DNA from: Anthoceros angustus
Taxonomy: Eukaryota; Plantae; Anthocerotophyta
Direction: 5' to 3'
DNA: 64,000 bases
NCBI GenBank assembly: GCA_010909165.1
Contig: MU008157.1
Coordinates: forward strand, 248,001 to 312,000
A program made the translations under genes and the position numbers. Under the pieces are notes generated by a model. The model worked only from the letters and a program-made list of their open reading frames with translations. It did not search any database and was not told the origin of the DNA. Shown here in pieces: positions 23,650-38,322 of the stretch (position 1 is its first letter; each line of letters begins with the position of its first letter).

Positions 23650-26600
23650 ATGGATGCCACGGTTGAGAGGGTTCGAGTCAAGTCGGACGGAAGGCCACGA
23701 GAAGCGACAACGCCAAGCACCGGAAGGAAAAGGGTTGCAAAACCGCGAGTTGAGGAGGGTCCAGGAAGACGCACCCGCTGGAAGGAGAAGGAGGTAAGCA
23801 ACTGTGGACGGGGTCCGATCTTGTTGGAGCAAGATCCCCAACCTCGGACTTGGACGAGGTACCACCGCCAAGGAACCTCGGACCAATTCCATCCACCGAC
23901 CTCTTCCAAAAGTGTGCGATCGTTGGAGATCAATCGACTCCAGAACCGTTGTTGGACCAACCACGCCGAATCGAACGATAGTCATGACCACCACCACACG
24001 TGGTGGTCACCACCAAGCAACCTTATCCTCAGTATGGAGAGGGAAGGGGTATGAAGACCGATGAATTTGTTGAGCGCTTTGAGCGACATTTGCAAACCAG
24101 AAGCGGAGATGCACACAGATTCATTGTTCTACTGGAGTTCTTCGGGGGTCCAAATAAGTGGTATAGGCGCGAATACCTCAAGTCACCCACACCTCCAAAG
24201 AACCTATGAAGAATTAAAACCGCCTGTGAAAGGTTCAGGGGCTTGACGAGGGATACGTGTTGTCCAAGCTTGAAAAGCTGCAGAGAGGAAAGAAGGAAAC
24301 CTTGCGCGTATGTGGAGAGGTTTCGCCCACGCGATCAAGTGGCCCTCACTGAGTTGCAGCAATACGGTGGTTCGCTAAAGGCCCGGGTTCTAAGATGGGG
24401 AGACACGAAGGTTACAAGCGGAGAAGAATTTGGGCAAGGCTATCAAGGCGGCGCTAAACTATGAGGAATCCAACCCGCAAGGGAGGAGGAAGGCTAAGAA
24501 GGAGAAGAAGAAGCCAGATGAAAAAGAAGGGATCCTCATCCTCCTCAAGGAAGTTCATCGTGAAGAAAGCTCCACGTAAGATTCCATGAAAGTTCCTGAG
24601 GAGGAAACGAGTGACAGTGGAGGAAGCGCCATCGATGAGGAGCGCCAAATGGAAAAAGAAAATGAAGGGTCGTGCACGGACAACAAGGAGGGCAAGGGCA
24701 AAACAGAGGCGATGTACGAAGGACGCAGGAACAAGGAGGATGAGAAGCCAAGAAAGTAGAACAACAGGGAACAAGATGGAGGAGATGATGGCAAAATTCG
24801 AAATTCCATCTTAATGCGGTCAAGGAACATGAGAGGCGGAGAGTCACACGAACCCACGAGCCAACCTCTTCGCTCAACGGTGGGCAGTGGGACACTCCAA
24901 AGCTAATTGTCCGACGACAAGGGTACACCGCCGGGATATGAGGAAGAGGAGGAAGAGGGTCCGGTGGAAGATACATACGATCCGGAGGTTCACCAACCCA
25001 AGTGTACCCAAAGACCATGTACCCGCCACGTAATTCCACGGGTAGGCGTCAGAATCACCGGTAACAATCCAATGGGTACCGCCTCTTGTGCTATAATTGT
25101 CAACCTTGGACACTATACATGCCCTTATCCAACTCGCCAAGGCAATGGAGATTTTGATAAACTATGTCAAGATTGTAGCAGCAGGGCATTTGGCTGAAGT
25201 GTGCTCGCCAAAGCCCCGTAAAGACGGTGAGGATCGCAGCCCACCCGAACGGAGTTCACAACCAACCCAAGTCCTGTCCGCCATGCATGTTGAGGACGCA
25301 CTTATGGCGGTATGGGAGGATGCCGAGATTGGAACCCCGAGGAGCTTGGAGGGATTAGAGAGGAAGCGATTATTATGGGGAAGCCTCCGCCATGGTCGTA
25401 GAACAAGGAGCACAAAAGCAAAAGAGAGGCGACGGGGAAAAAAGAAGAAAGGAGGCGGATACGACCACGGATCGATGAGGGAGAGAGTGTCGCCACCATG
25501 GGGGAAATACCAACACCGGAACGCTTGGCCAAAGACAGAAAACAAGTCCCGCAGTGACTTGGCGGATGGACCATATGTGCAAAAGAGTGATGCACGAGAC
25601 TTGAGTGTTCCAGCGGAAAGGTGAATGAAGGTCACGAAAGCAAGGGGGTGGAACCACCGATTTCAGAGAGAGTTACCGAACCGGAGTTAGGGTTTCCACC
25701 GACGGACGGGGTGAAGTCATGGATATGATACAAGAAGAATTGGCAAGGAGGCTACGGGGAAAAGGCGGGGTGTCGATTTCCACCACCCTGTGGGAGTCCA
25801 CCACCCCACCGGAAGGGCCACCGTACCCAAGTCATGACGAACCGGAACCCAACCAACCAAACTCGGATGGTAGAGGTGCGGCCACCGCTTTTCAATCTCG
25901 CCGAGGCCATCATGGACCAACATTTCATGATCACATTCGGACAACTCCTCCGAGACAATCCATGTATAGGCAATGATCGAGGGCGTTAAAAGAGGCGCAA
26001 CCCAAAAGAGGCGCAATGTTCCTATACGGCCTCAGCCATGTGAACTTGGTATCCATGGTGGATCAAGGCCCACCAACCTGTGGAAATTTCGGATGTGTCA
26101 TCAAAGGAGTGCCTCTCGACACGGGTGGGTGTAAATATTATGATGTAAGACACGGCTAGGAAATTGGGCTTGGATATTGAACATACTACCAAGGTTTTAT
26201 AGGCGACATGTCCGTAATGGTGCCGGGAACCGACAGGTGCTAACGACCATTGGAACCATCCCTACTTGATGGATTATGTAGTCATCCAAAGAAAATCGCC
26301 AGGTACGACGCCCTAATTGGCCGAACATGGATGTACGATCGCAATGCACGCCTCAAGTGAAGGAAGTCGGTTTTAAACCGCTGGAATGGGATCCCAAGAC
26401 CAAGGAGGAAGGATGTGCCTATCGTGGAGTAAGGACATGTATGTGTGAAACTCCAATCAAAACAAGGGTACACTCGGCAGAGGACACGTCCGGGAGATGC
26501 AAGAGGAAGATAGGTTCGTCGCACACATCTCATGGTCGATGAGGAGCGGACTAGCAGAGATATCCCATATACAATTAACCCGAGGGTCGTTACGGGTAAC

Positions 26601-29300
26601 CGCCGAATGCTCGGAAGGGGTCCGCGGATTCAACAGCAGTGGAGAAAGCCGGAGGAGGCGCCACGCAGCTTCACGCCGGAGGATTTGTTTAGGGAATGGG
26701 GCATGAGAGAAGAGGAACCGGAGCCAAGAAGGATTCGGGTTAGCACCGCACCGTGAGAGCGCGAGTGGTACAGCCGATGAAGTCAAGGACGTTGAGGTTC
26801 TTCCGAAGGTGCTCAAATTCTCCGAACAATGGATGCGGCGTTGGAGGAAGGAATGAAGCAACCGCTAATTTATCGATGTTTTCGCCTTCGAGGTAAGACA
26901 TGAAGGGATCCCCAAAGAATGGGCGAGCATAGGATTGACTGGAACCGTGAGCAATCCGAAGGATTCCACAAGACAAGTTAAACCAAGTACTCCTCAAGGT
27001 AAAGGATCGCTTGGAGATGTACCTCAAGGACGTGATCTATCCTATAGTCAATACCGAATGGGTGGCTCCAATAGTGGTAGTACCTAAGAGGCGCCTGTGC
27101 AAAATCCGTTTTGTCGGAGAAGGTTGAATAAGGTCACCAAGAAGGATCACTTTCCGCTACCCTTCATCGATAATATCCTCGGATCCGTCGCAGTGTAATG
27201 GCGATTCATTCCTAGACGGGTCGGTATAATCACCGCACCTTAGGGAGAGCGATTGGCCTCGACCGCTTTTACAACCGACTGGGGACATATGCTTACAAGC
27301 GCAGCATTTGGGTTGACGGAGCACCGGGTCCTTCATGCGCGAGCCATCGTCAAAATTTTCAAGGACTTCCTCGCGACTTTATGGAAGTTTTCCGGACGAC
27401 TTCACAGATTCGGGCCGCAAGGACCATGCCGCACCTCCGAAGTGCTCGAGCGCCGAGCAACGCAATTATGCTCGCATCCGTAAAAGTGCTACCATGTCGA
27501 GGAATTCGCTAGGGGCATCGAATTTCAAGCCGAGGTATAGAAGTAGATCCGGACAAGGTAAAGGTCATCGCCACCCTTAGAGCACCAATAACGCTAAAAG
27601 GAACTCCGCGGGTTCCCGGGATGGTCGGGTATTATAGACGCTTGCTCCAAATTTCGCCAAGCGGCCCCACTAACGAGCTTGTTAAGGAAGGATCAATGGG
27701 AGTGACGCAACGGAGGAAGCATTTCGTGACTTACGCACCACATCGCCAGCCCCACGCTAAAAGGACCGGATCGAGTAAGAAGTTCCACGCTGCTGATGTT
27801 TCAAAGATTTGCAATTGGGTCCCTTAGCCGGATGAGAAGAAGAAGGATTTTCCGATCTACTATGCGGAGACAACTAACGGACGCGGAGCAAAAGTATACC
27901 ACCACGGAGCGCCAAGCATCGGAATGGTTTACTCGTGAAATTCATACCTCCTCTCGTATGAATTTGTGTTCCATGTTGACCACTTTGCCTTGAAACACCT
28001 TGTGAATAAACCGACCTTTCGGACGATAGCACGGATCTTGCCGTGAGTTTACCTTCACAAAGGGAAACGAGAGAGGGTAGGAAGCATATCAATGCCGACT
28101 TCATATCTCGATTGAAAACAGGAAAGGTGGAAAACCACCGTGAAGACGACTTTTCCGATGAGACATCGTCATAGGAGTTGCAAACCAACGAAGCGGTTCG
28201 AAGGAGGGAGCCAAGATCGATTGAGAAGGGAGGGTTTTCAAGACCAACATATCGGAGATATACGATTATCTTGGCAGGCCAAATTCCTCCACATCTATCC
28301 AAGACATGATTCAGCGTTTGTCCACTACTCCGCACCATTCACACGGCACAATATGAATTTATACCGAGTCATCCGGACGGGTGGAGCGGTTATGGGTACG
28401 CATCGTGTGAGCGGAGTCCCGAGCTCTTTACACGAAGAAGAGGGGAGGTCATTATGCCGCCGCATGTCACATGAAAAATTTTGAGGTGGCTATTGGTGGC
28501 CTACAATGTACAAGGATGCCGTGGAGTTCGTGAAGCACCGTGACGCTTGCCAAAGGGTCGGCAACAAGAACAACCCAATGGCCCCTTGTCCCCATACTTG
28601 CACCGCACCATTCGAGAAATGGGGAATCGATTTTGTCGGTCCTATCCACAAAACCAAGGCTCGCCAAAACCAATACATCCCGTGTACAGACATCGCACGG
28701 ATGGTAGAAGCACTGTAGATCGGGCCGCAGATTCGCGACGTCAGAGCATTCCGTCGAGCAAATCACCGATATGGTCCACGCTACTGAAAAGCCAATGGCC
28801 GGAAAAGGCAAATTGTTGTGCAAGATCCAACTCATCGCGTATGATCGATATGAAATCGATTCAAGACTGGGCGCATTGACCGCCGGAAAAGGTGACAACG
28901 CAAAGAAACCCGTATTATCTTACTTACGGCATTCACTGTCATGCCAATAGAATTCAAGTTCCCAGAGAATACAGGAACCAAGTCGAATGCTGGAGGAAAG
29001 TCATTGGAAAGGTTGGTGGGTTTCAGACGACACACGGAGGATGAGAACAAGCCTCCAAGTTATGCGGATGTCCAAGACAGGAGGAAGGAGTGGCACGACA
29101 AGAGATTGAAGCGTCAAGAATACGTTGTTCCGGGATCCGCTTTACTATATAACCGATACATGCATTTCCGTAAATTACATCTCGATGGATGGGGCCCTTC
29201 GTAGTTTCGTAAGTTACAACGGATCAATTCAACTCAAGATTTTAGTGGCTCACCCTTGCCAACGCGCCAACGGTTGGCGGGTCAAGAAATATTACCAATA
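23650..29300 (+). pseudogene. Gypsy gag-pol, heavily frameshifted; integrase core partly deleted
   Basis: Protease LDTG (~26115); RT YPIVNTEWVAPIVVVPK and LNKVTKKDHFPLPFID; RNase H DVSKFAIG and RQLTDAEQKYTTTER; integrase WWPTMYKDA..DACQR..PFEKWGIDFVGPI. Confidence 0.9.
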
Positions 29301-29323
29301 AGTTGGCGAGGACGCCAACAAAT

Positions 29324-29336
29324 GAGAAGGGGAGTA
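29324..29336 (+). promoter_or_regulatory. Polypurine tract
   Basis: GAGAAGGGGAG(TA) immediately before the 3' LTR. Confidence 0.8.
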
Positions 29337-31941
29337 TGTGAAGACCACATGTGAACTAACCCCGCTCTCAAGTGTCGGTGAACGATTTTTTTGTTTTGAA
29401 TAGAGTGCTTTGAGAATCGTCTCGAGTCGTCTTTTATACGGAATGGTCCTTGGCCCTTGGAGATAATAATTTTTCGACCCTTAGGTTTGACCCCGAGGGT
29501 GGGGGAAATAGAGTCCTTGGGTATTGGGAATTTTAGAATAAAAGGTGTCTATATATGCTAGGGATGCTCACAATATGCCAGCTTGAGTAGTCAAGGGTGG
29601 TGGCTAGTTCCACCACGGTGGCCGAAAACGGACGCATGCACTGTGGAATTTACAACCCTAGTGGCGGAGCGGACTACCACGGAGAATCGGGAGAAGGCAC
29701 ACCCAAGACCGAGGTCGCGACTTTCCGTGAGGGGCAGGGAGAGCGAAGAGGGGCGCCACAGTACCACGACGCCAGCCAAATCACCGCCTCGCGGAAGGCG
29801 CCCGATCAGGCGAGCGGCGGGCGGGCGGAGGAGAGAAATCGCCGCAAGTTCGCGAGGAGGCGTGGAAGGAGCGCGCGAGGGGCTCGATTTTTTTTTTCTC
29901 TTCCGACCGTGGATCTGGGTAGTCGAGGTTTTGTTTTGGGAGACAACGAGAGAAGGAGATGGCGCCCAGCCGCGGCCGAAATCTCACTCACGCAGCGGCC
30001 CAACATGGACCATCGGAAAGTGAGAGCGGCACTGTGCAGAGCCGGGTCTCAAGTTCATGGAGAAGAAATGGTGCTGATGGCATTGGTGCAAGAGTGCGCC
30101 GGCAATTAAGGACCAAGTCGCAAGAGGGTGACGCGAGGAAAAGGCCGCAGAACTGGATTTGGCCTCTTCGAGCGGGGCGAGAAGCATCGAGGATGGGAGC
30201 TTGGTGATTGACCTCAAAAGAAGACCTTGAAAGCCGCAGCCCGCGCCATGAAGCCCGGGAAGTGAGAGTGAACAATGGTCGGGTGACTCGCCAACTCGTG
30301 TTCACAATGTGGGATTGGCCAAATGGATTTTGTGTTCCTACGTAACCGGAAGCCGGATCATATGGCGGATCACTTCTTGGTTTTTCTTCACGAGGTGGTC
30401 AAGGGTACACAAATTGATTGGGGGAGGATGATTTTCGAAAGAGCCTGTGAGGAGAAGGCGAATTTACTCTTCTTCCCTCGGCCCTCCTTGATTTCGCCTT
30501 TTCCGATTCATGTATTTGCGCATTCCGGTGTTTAACGGAGTTGAAGTCGTGTCCGCCTGCATGGTTGGAAGCCGGCCAGAACTCAAGGTAGAAGAGGAGG
30601 AATTGAAGGAGGATTCGGCAAGGATTCCAGAAGCTTGGGAGTGCGCTCGGAAGGTTCGGAAGAGGGAGGAAGTTTCAAGGGTAAGAAGCGAAGGGGCGCA
30701 ACCTCAAGTGGATCGGAAGGCGAGGCGAGGCAGGCATGGAGGGAGGAGCACAGATGGTTGTCCAAATGAGGAGGAGCGGACAATGGACATAGAGGACACA
30801 AAGGCCACGCCCGCTGGAAGGCGCGAGGGAAATTCAGGCAGTGAGAGCGAGGTGGAGGTTGTGGGGGAAAATCGCTCGGATCAGAGGCGAGGCCGAAGAG
30901 CGAGAGGGGTCCCCATGGGCCGTAGGGCGAGGCAGCAATCGCGGAGGCGGCAGCGCTGATTTTAGGGGAGTCGCGATAGCCTAGGACCGGGTTTTTCGGG
31001 CGAGAGGATAGGGAGTTCCATCACCAGAGTCATGGTTGCTTAGATTGGTAAGGCGCCGTGGTAGGAGCTACAATTTTAGACACTAAAGAGAAGTGAGCTG
31101 TTGGACCACGATGTGTATAAGAGACCCTCCGGTGTCTCTCAAGGCGACGATTTCGTGTGAACTTCCGTGTCGAACCGCCGAGTGGGGTTGATTGGAGACG
31201 CCCGTCAAGATCAAACGGAGCCCGGGCGCACCGCCTTCGGGTCACAAGAAGGCCGGAAGATCTCGGTGGTCGAGAGCGGAGTGGCCAAGCTCCACGCCTG
31301 TAACGGAAGGCATGCGCACCGAAAAGAGGTAGGATCGCCGCGGACGGCTGAGGCGGAACTGCTGGAAGGCGAATCGCCCAAGCACCGGGTTTCTTCCGAT
31401 CCTCTTTCCAACCGCCACTGTGTGTGTTCATTCTATGAGGGAGGGGTCTGTGTGGCCCAAGGAGAGGTCTGTGTGACCCAAGGGAAAAGGGGGTCTGTGT
31501 GGCCCGTGAGACGAGAGAGAGTTCATTAGGAAGGGGAAAGGTTCCTGAGGAGTAGTTGTGTGCTGGGAGGATTGTGAGAGCGATGAGGGAAAATGAAACG
31601 CTGAGGGGAGTGGAAAGGTAGGATCGCAGAAATTTCCAGAAGTAAGGTGGGGCGTCTTTAGGTGTCCGATAGCCCCTAGGTCCGTGTTAGAGAAGTCATG
31701 ATAGACTCGCGAAGGCGGCGTGTTGGGTGCTGGCCGAACTGCCACTGCGGTGGCCGAGTCCACCACGGTGGTGGGTTTGGGCAAGGTAGCCGGAGAAGGT
31801 GAGGTAGCGGCGACGGTGTCTAGAATCCATAGATTTAGCACACCTTGACACAACACCATTCCCTTGGGATCGAATCCTAGGACTATAACGACATAGAGGG
31901 TAAATGTGGCTTTGCGCCTTCGATGCAAAACCCATTCCACA
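29337..31941 (+). repeat. 3' LTR (~2.6 kb)
   Basis: TGTGAAGACCACATG ... CCCATTCCACA. Confidence 0.9.
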
Positions 31942-32286
31942 TGGGACCGTGGAGGTCCCGAGGCCTACAACCGCCAAAGAGAGGAAGTAGGAGGAGTCGA
32001 CCGAGCCTCTCAAGGTGAAAGGAAGGTGGAAGCGCCGTGATGTGCCCTCTGTAATCTCGGACGCATGATCCTCAAATGGGTGATCGTCGGACCTCTCGAC
32101 AGAAAGGAAGGTGCACAAGATTATAGTCCACTCGAATATGCTGGGACCAAGGTGGACCACCTTGGAGACAATTTGCTGGTGTTCCTCCACGACCTCCAGA
32201 AAGGAAAACGCTGACTCAAGGGCGTAATAATTTTCGCCTGATCAACCATGTGAGGCTCGCAAGCTGAGGTGCGAGAAGCCACCTCC

Positions 32287-35200
32287 CACTACTAGGAAAA
32301 CGGGCCTTTTACTTTAGGTCGCTTTTTTAGAACAGTGGGAGATTTCTGTGCTCAAGTCGATTTACAACGGGCTTCATGGTTCATGGATTATTTTCAGTAT
32401 AGCCATTCGTGTTACCAGGAGCTCTAGTGTTTTACTACGGGTGTATTTAGCCAACGGCTATTCGATGACGTGGCATAACGAAAGCTACTTTACTACGAGG
32501 GCTCTCCGCTGCAACACGATAGATCCGACCAATGACTTTACAACAATGAATGTGCTTACAATAATCGAGTAAACACCATCACGCCTGCTTACAACGATTT
32601 TCTTTTACAACGCCCATGGTCTACTTACAATGGGAAGTGGTTTACAACGCATTGTCAAGTTTTACAACGGGCTTTTACAACGCACATACATACCTTACAA
32701 CAACACGCGGTAATGAGGATCAAAGGTATGTGAGCATTCATGTGCATATGGTATAGGGTTTGAGGAAGGGTTCAGAACTCGAATGAAAAGGTGGCCGCGC
32801 TTTATTGAGAGACGTGCTCACCCAAAAACTATGGGTCGGTCACCAAAACAAACACAACATCAACACCAGAATTAGCACAACAACGGGATGGCGACGATCT
32901 CACTCGTAATCTACCGGATGCGCGCTGAGTCCCGTCCGCGTGCATCCTCTCCTCACCCACCACACGCTCAATTCGGTGTTCTCAATGCCAACCACCTTCT
33001 CCAATTCGCCACAAGGAGGTGGTAGCCGTGAAAATCCTCAGCCTGTGCACCAGCTTCCATTTCCTAACATCCGTCCGATTGGCAAACCTCTGCACCTCTC
33101 GCACACGCCTAGCTTGTCAACGCAGTGCACCACCGCATCGACGCCATGAGATATTGGTGAGAAAGGGAGCCGGGCTTGTCGATAAGAGCGCGAGCTCTTT
33201 CCGTCGCCCTCAAAATTGCGCCCATGACGGTGTTGAAAGCCATAGCTAGCAGCCGCTGCCTTCCACAACCAGCCGCAAGACAAAGAACAAAAACTGTGGA
33301 ACCCAATCGATCGAAATGAGAATTGAGGCCGATAAACGGCGCACACGCACAAAGAACCGTAAACGAGTTCTCGATGCAACTTTCCCCAAAGCGCGAGATC
33401 TATAACACTACCTCTACAACACTACAACCCACACAACCGATCGGAAAACTCATGGTCGCGGCGCACCTCAATCGAGGCGCACACGATCTCCATCAGAATG
33501 AATGAACTCAACAGTGAAGTGGCTTGAAGGCAATGCACCCTTTTGTTGCCGACTAGGCAAATGAGAGGCCGCCAGTGTCTTGGACCCTCGAGTACATTCG
33601 CGATGCCGCGACATGGTCCGGAAGCCAAGTTCAAAATGACTAGTCGAAAAACTCAACATCAACTGTGGTCATGGCTACACCACAAAGTTTATGACCAAGA
33701 GGATATGTATTTGACCGAGATGATATGTATTTGATCGCACTGTTCCCAAGACCCAAGGAACCCTAAACCATGGTCCGAAACTAGAGAAAAGCTAACTCAT
33801 GTCCCCGAACCCAAGGAACCGTAAACCATGTTCCCTAAACCCAAAGTGTTAACACTAAACCATTTTCCAAACCCAAGGACTACTCAAATCATTGGAGTTT
33901 AACTACTAAAACCCAAGGACAATGGGGAAACCCATTTCCAGCATTTATAGCCCAAAGTGGTCACGAACCTTAAATGAAATCATGGCCAATATTATAAATC
34001 AAACCCCAAAACCCAAGGACATGGGGAAAACCCACAAGCATAGCGTTTCAACTTATCCTTGGGTTTCAAACCGCTGCCTGTAACTACTTAGGTTAAATAT
34101 TCAAATACCAAGCTCAATGCGGGCTATAAATGCGTGAATAATGCATGTAAATTAACCTCGAAAAATAGCCCGCTCACACGAGACATCGGAGGAGAAGTGT
34201 TCTTCTTCGAGAGAATGCGCTGGAAATACATGTCTCGCAAGATGTCGAAAAGCACCGAAAGGGCCCCGCACGTCATCTCTGCTTTTGCAATCGTGACAAG
34301 GGAGAGAGTACCGAGACATCTATGAACGCGTCCGCACACCGCTCTCTTGTGGTCGTGGATATACCACGTCCATCCTGCTCGAGGAGCGCAAAAAGGTAGA
34401 AGAAGACGGACAAGTGTGGTAAAGGCAAGTTTAGGGTCAAGGTATGTCGCATGAGGGCGTTGTTCTTTCTCTGTGGGCTTTTCATTCATGTGTTTGTGTT
34501 GTTGTTTTCTCGCCGTCGTCACAGAGCCCCTTTTTCACAACCAGCAATGGGTGCGATGCCAAAAGCCGTGAAGATAGAATGTCATGCCGAGATGACATCG
34601 AGACAAGGCGATTGGCAACCCGCTACCGGGATGCATCCGAGGCCACACTGGAAGGAAGCGACGCCGGACCCATATGGTTGTGAAAACAAGAACTTGGCGA
34701 TGCCGCCGATCTTAGGGCCGGGCGCCAACACCTAAAAGGTAAGTGGGTGCAGGTGAAGAAGTTGAGGACGCAGGCACAGGAAGAAGACGCCAATGGTGAC
34801 GAGGATGAGCGAACATGTCCAGTTGGAAGACATCAGCAGGCAAGAGGTAACAAGGGGGGTGATCGTGGACGAGCTAAGCGCGGTGGCCGAGTTAAGGGTG
34901 ACAAATGGCAAGGCAAGCGGCTACCAAGTTCAGGTGCTGGCGCAGATGGCTTGGGGAGGCCAACGCGAGGTCGGAGAGTAGGATCAAGCACGATGGAGGG
35001 AGTTTAACCAAGAGTCTCAAGGGCTCAGAACAGATCACCAAATGCCGGCCCGAGGCATTGGGGTTGACGGGTTTTGGCTTCACCATGTTCGTGGAGTCGA
35101 GGTCCAAGAGGGCGACGAAGATGAGGAGGACAAGTTCCACAAGGTCCAGTGCGCGCCTTACCTCGATGAAGATGTCCTTCCGAAACAAAACTGGGCCTCA

Positions 35201-37854
35201 CCTATGGGAAATGTGCCACAGGGTTTTGGCACGATCAAGTTTGCACATGGTGACCTCGGACATCCGCTTTGGATTGTCCAAGAGTGGGAAGGCCCACATG
35301 CCGACATGGGTGTATGCCATGCGTGGCCTGCCGAATCCCCGCCGCAAGTAAGTGCCGACCTCGAGGCAAGGAAGGACGAAGAGGAGGCGACCTTAACCAA
35401 GGATGCTGCTGAGGATTGAGAAGGCCGGCGAAGAGGAGGTTGGCGGAGTTCACTCGACCGGTAGGGTGTGATTCAGGACTGACACCATTGCCAAAAGGGA
35501 CCAGAACTAGCCTGCAAGGTGCCTTCGTAATACACGGCCAATTCTAACGCAAACCAATCAAGGTGAGCTCGACGATGAAGGAGTGGCACGATTCGACGTG
35601 GTGGTTTGTGATAGCCTCTGGGATCGTGAGATAGCGATATTTTGGAAGATGCCGAGATCGGGAAATGGGAAGGCTGTGATCCGAAGTGGATTCATTTGCT
35701 TCTAGGACACCCTTGCCACCGATTTCTGTGGATGATGCGAACAATACAGTCGGGTCGCCACACAACCGGGCTGTGTCAACCCCCATCATGAGCATCAGTG
35801 TGGGGATGCTCATGCTGGGGTACATGGCGAAATTCCTACGGCATGTATGGACGTTGACTTCGAGGGCAACAAGCGGCGTGCACCAAAACGGAAGAGGAAT
35901 TTCGACATCCAGCATGAGGTTCTGCTGTCTCATATGCATGAAAGCGGTAAGTATTCTGTCTGTGAGGAAAATGGCTGTAGGGGAGCATGGTTGCTTTGCA
36001 GTAGGGGAGGATCCATGCATGGTTGCTTTAGTGAAGTATCGTGCCGGACAGGATTAAGTTGGGTTTTACAGTCGACATGCCGACAGTGTAATCGTGCTCA
36101 ATTATGCCGGGTTACAGCGATACTTCAGCTCGATAATTGGCCCGGGTTACAGTTAATTCAGCTGACATTTCAGCCCCGGAGTTACACTCGCAAAAGTAGG
36201 CTTGTAACTCCATGGTCATTTAATTTTGGGTTGAGGCTGGATTTCCATGAGGTTATGTTGCAGAATGTTCTAAATCACAATTGTCTATGTGTTTTGAATG
36301 TGCGTTACATACTACGTGACTCGCCTTGTGGTTTCAAGGATAGGGTGCACTACACAATCCGACACATGTGCAACCCACTCTCGATTTTTGGGCACACTCG
36401 ATGTCAAGTGCTTCTTATTGAAAGCACCTTACGCCAAACAATTTCTCCCATGGAGCTTTCATTGTATTGTAGCTCGATTAGTGGCACCACCGAGGCATTG
36501 GAAGAATAACTTGAGAAAGGAGGCTAGGCACTTCTTACATGGGAAGAAAGGTGCGATAAGTATGTGCCCAAGAGCTTGAAGAAGGAGTATTGGGATGTTC
36601 TCTTGAACAGGAGAAAGATAAGTCGATGGTGTTGTTGCACCCAAATAAAAGATTTGCGGCAGAGGGGAAAACGTCAGGTAAGCCATATTCTTGCTTTGGG
36701 TTTGGAGGTCAAAAGCAATTCATGGACAGTTCAGAGCCAAGTTTGATAGGCAAGCAACTTTAGAGGAGATCAAGGTGGGATCTAGGCATGGAAATTGGTT
36801 GAACAAGTCGAGAGCGCATTGAAGGAGACTAAAACCACAATTCCATCCTTGGGTCCTCAAGTGGATTCTCAAGGGAAAGTCGATAATGTGAATGTCCGGA
36901 ATCTATTGCATGAAGGGATATGAGAGTGCAGAGTGATGAATGTAATGGAGGCAATTTCAAGAAGAGGGTCCGGATGAAGGTTTCATGGTGGAACATCTTC
37001 TTCCCTGACAGATGAAAAGGCTAAGAAAGCCTCACCATAGTTCGTCGACAATAGAGCTTGCACTTCCACTGTAATTTCATGTAATCTTCAACCGTAATTG
37101 TTGAAGTTCATCTCGTTATGTGGGCTTTGTTCATGTTGTATGTTTGTGAAAGAGGGTTGGCGGTTGTCACAAATGGAGGCCGCATGTGACAAACTAATCT
37201 ACTACCGATTGTAGGATGCATGGTGTAGTAGGCTTTGCCAAGATAGCGGTAGTGGAGTTTTTACAATGGACCTGTAGATTTTACAACAAACTTGTTTCAT
37301 TGCAACGCATTCGCTTTACAACGGACCCTATCTCTACTCCCAAACTTTAACGAGAGCCTTTTACAACGGGTTTCGTAAATGAAAAGTACTTTTAAACGAA
37401 CTCAGACACCGTGTCCATTTACAACAAGGTCCGTTGTAAAGGTACATACTTATTAACAGGCTCGTATGGTTACGCACGATTACAACGCCATTGATTAGGT
37501 TAATCATGGTTAACTAACGCCAACTAGTTTGTGGTAATCGAATCCATTTAACCCCTAATAAATCATAAGATTTAACTCTAGTATATTAACCATGGTTATT
37601 GAAGTTGTAAAATGCGTTGTAAGTGTACCGTAGTAATGTCCGTAAAGGGGTTCCGCTAAAGTTTAACCGCACACCAAACCGCCATACAATCGTGGGTTGG
37701 ACATACCGTATTCAATACATAATATAGCCCTCAGATAATGCAGACATACTTTTACTATGGATATTACTAAGGTGTGTTTACTACGGGGTTTTACTACGAC
37801 TTAGTAAAGGCGCTAATGCCGTTGTAATTTGTAAAGTATCCTTTCCTAGTAGTG
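32287..37854. mobile_element. CACTA (EnSpm) DNA transposon, 5.57 kb, internally degenerate
   Basis: 13-bp TIR CACTACTAGGAAA / TTTCCTAGTAGTG; 3-bp TSD TCC on both sides; many TTACAACG/TTACTACG subterminal repeats; weak minus-strand transposase-like relics ~34100-35900. Confidence 0.95.
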
Positions 37855-38076
37855 TCCGGTCATGCTATCGCCTCGATCCATGTGTGTGGGCGAACCTCCT
37901 CAAGGAGGTGAGGAGGTGAGAGCACTGGAAGGGCCGGGCCCCTAATGAGGTAAGGAAGAGCTAGCGGAGGCCCGGCCACCCAGAAGAGGGTCCGGAGGAG
38001 GATTTAATGGGAGGGATTCCTGACTCATACGTCCGGAGCGGACCCTCGCCACTCAGGAAAGTATGGGAGGACATCC

Positions 38077-38322
38077 TCAAGGATCGTGGCAAGACATGAT
38101 GGTGGAAAGAGGAGAGGAGAGGAGGAGGCTCTCTCACATTGAGATGAGGCTTGGAGGGTATTTATACCTCCAATAGCTCCTAGAAGCTCCACAAGAAGCC
38201 CCTAGGAAGGAGCACAAGAAGCTTCCTAGTGATTAGCTTCAGCTAAACTAATGATACTTAATCGACACCTAACTTAGACTAAGTGTATTAGTCTAAGTAC
38301 ATTGGGCTTTAATACCCTTACA
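38077..38322 (-). repeat. Copia 3' LTR
   Basis: Direct repeat of 44690-44932. Confidence 0.9.

Larger units (their letters stand above)
20970..31941 (+). mobile_element. Two-LTR Ty3/Gypsy retrotransposon, Athila-like, degenerate
   Basis: Paired ~2.6-kb LTRs; PBS TTTTGGCG..GCCGGG; PPT; order gag-PR-RT-RH-INT; near-TSD TGAGA/TGGGA. Confidence 0.92.

Noticed and set aside
35847-36509. 220-aa ORF inside the CACTA element
   Set aside because: No recognisable domain; probably a chance frame over degenerate or intronic sequence
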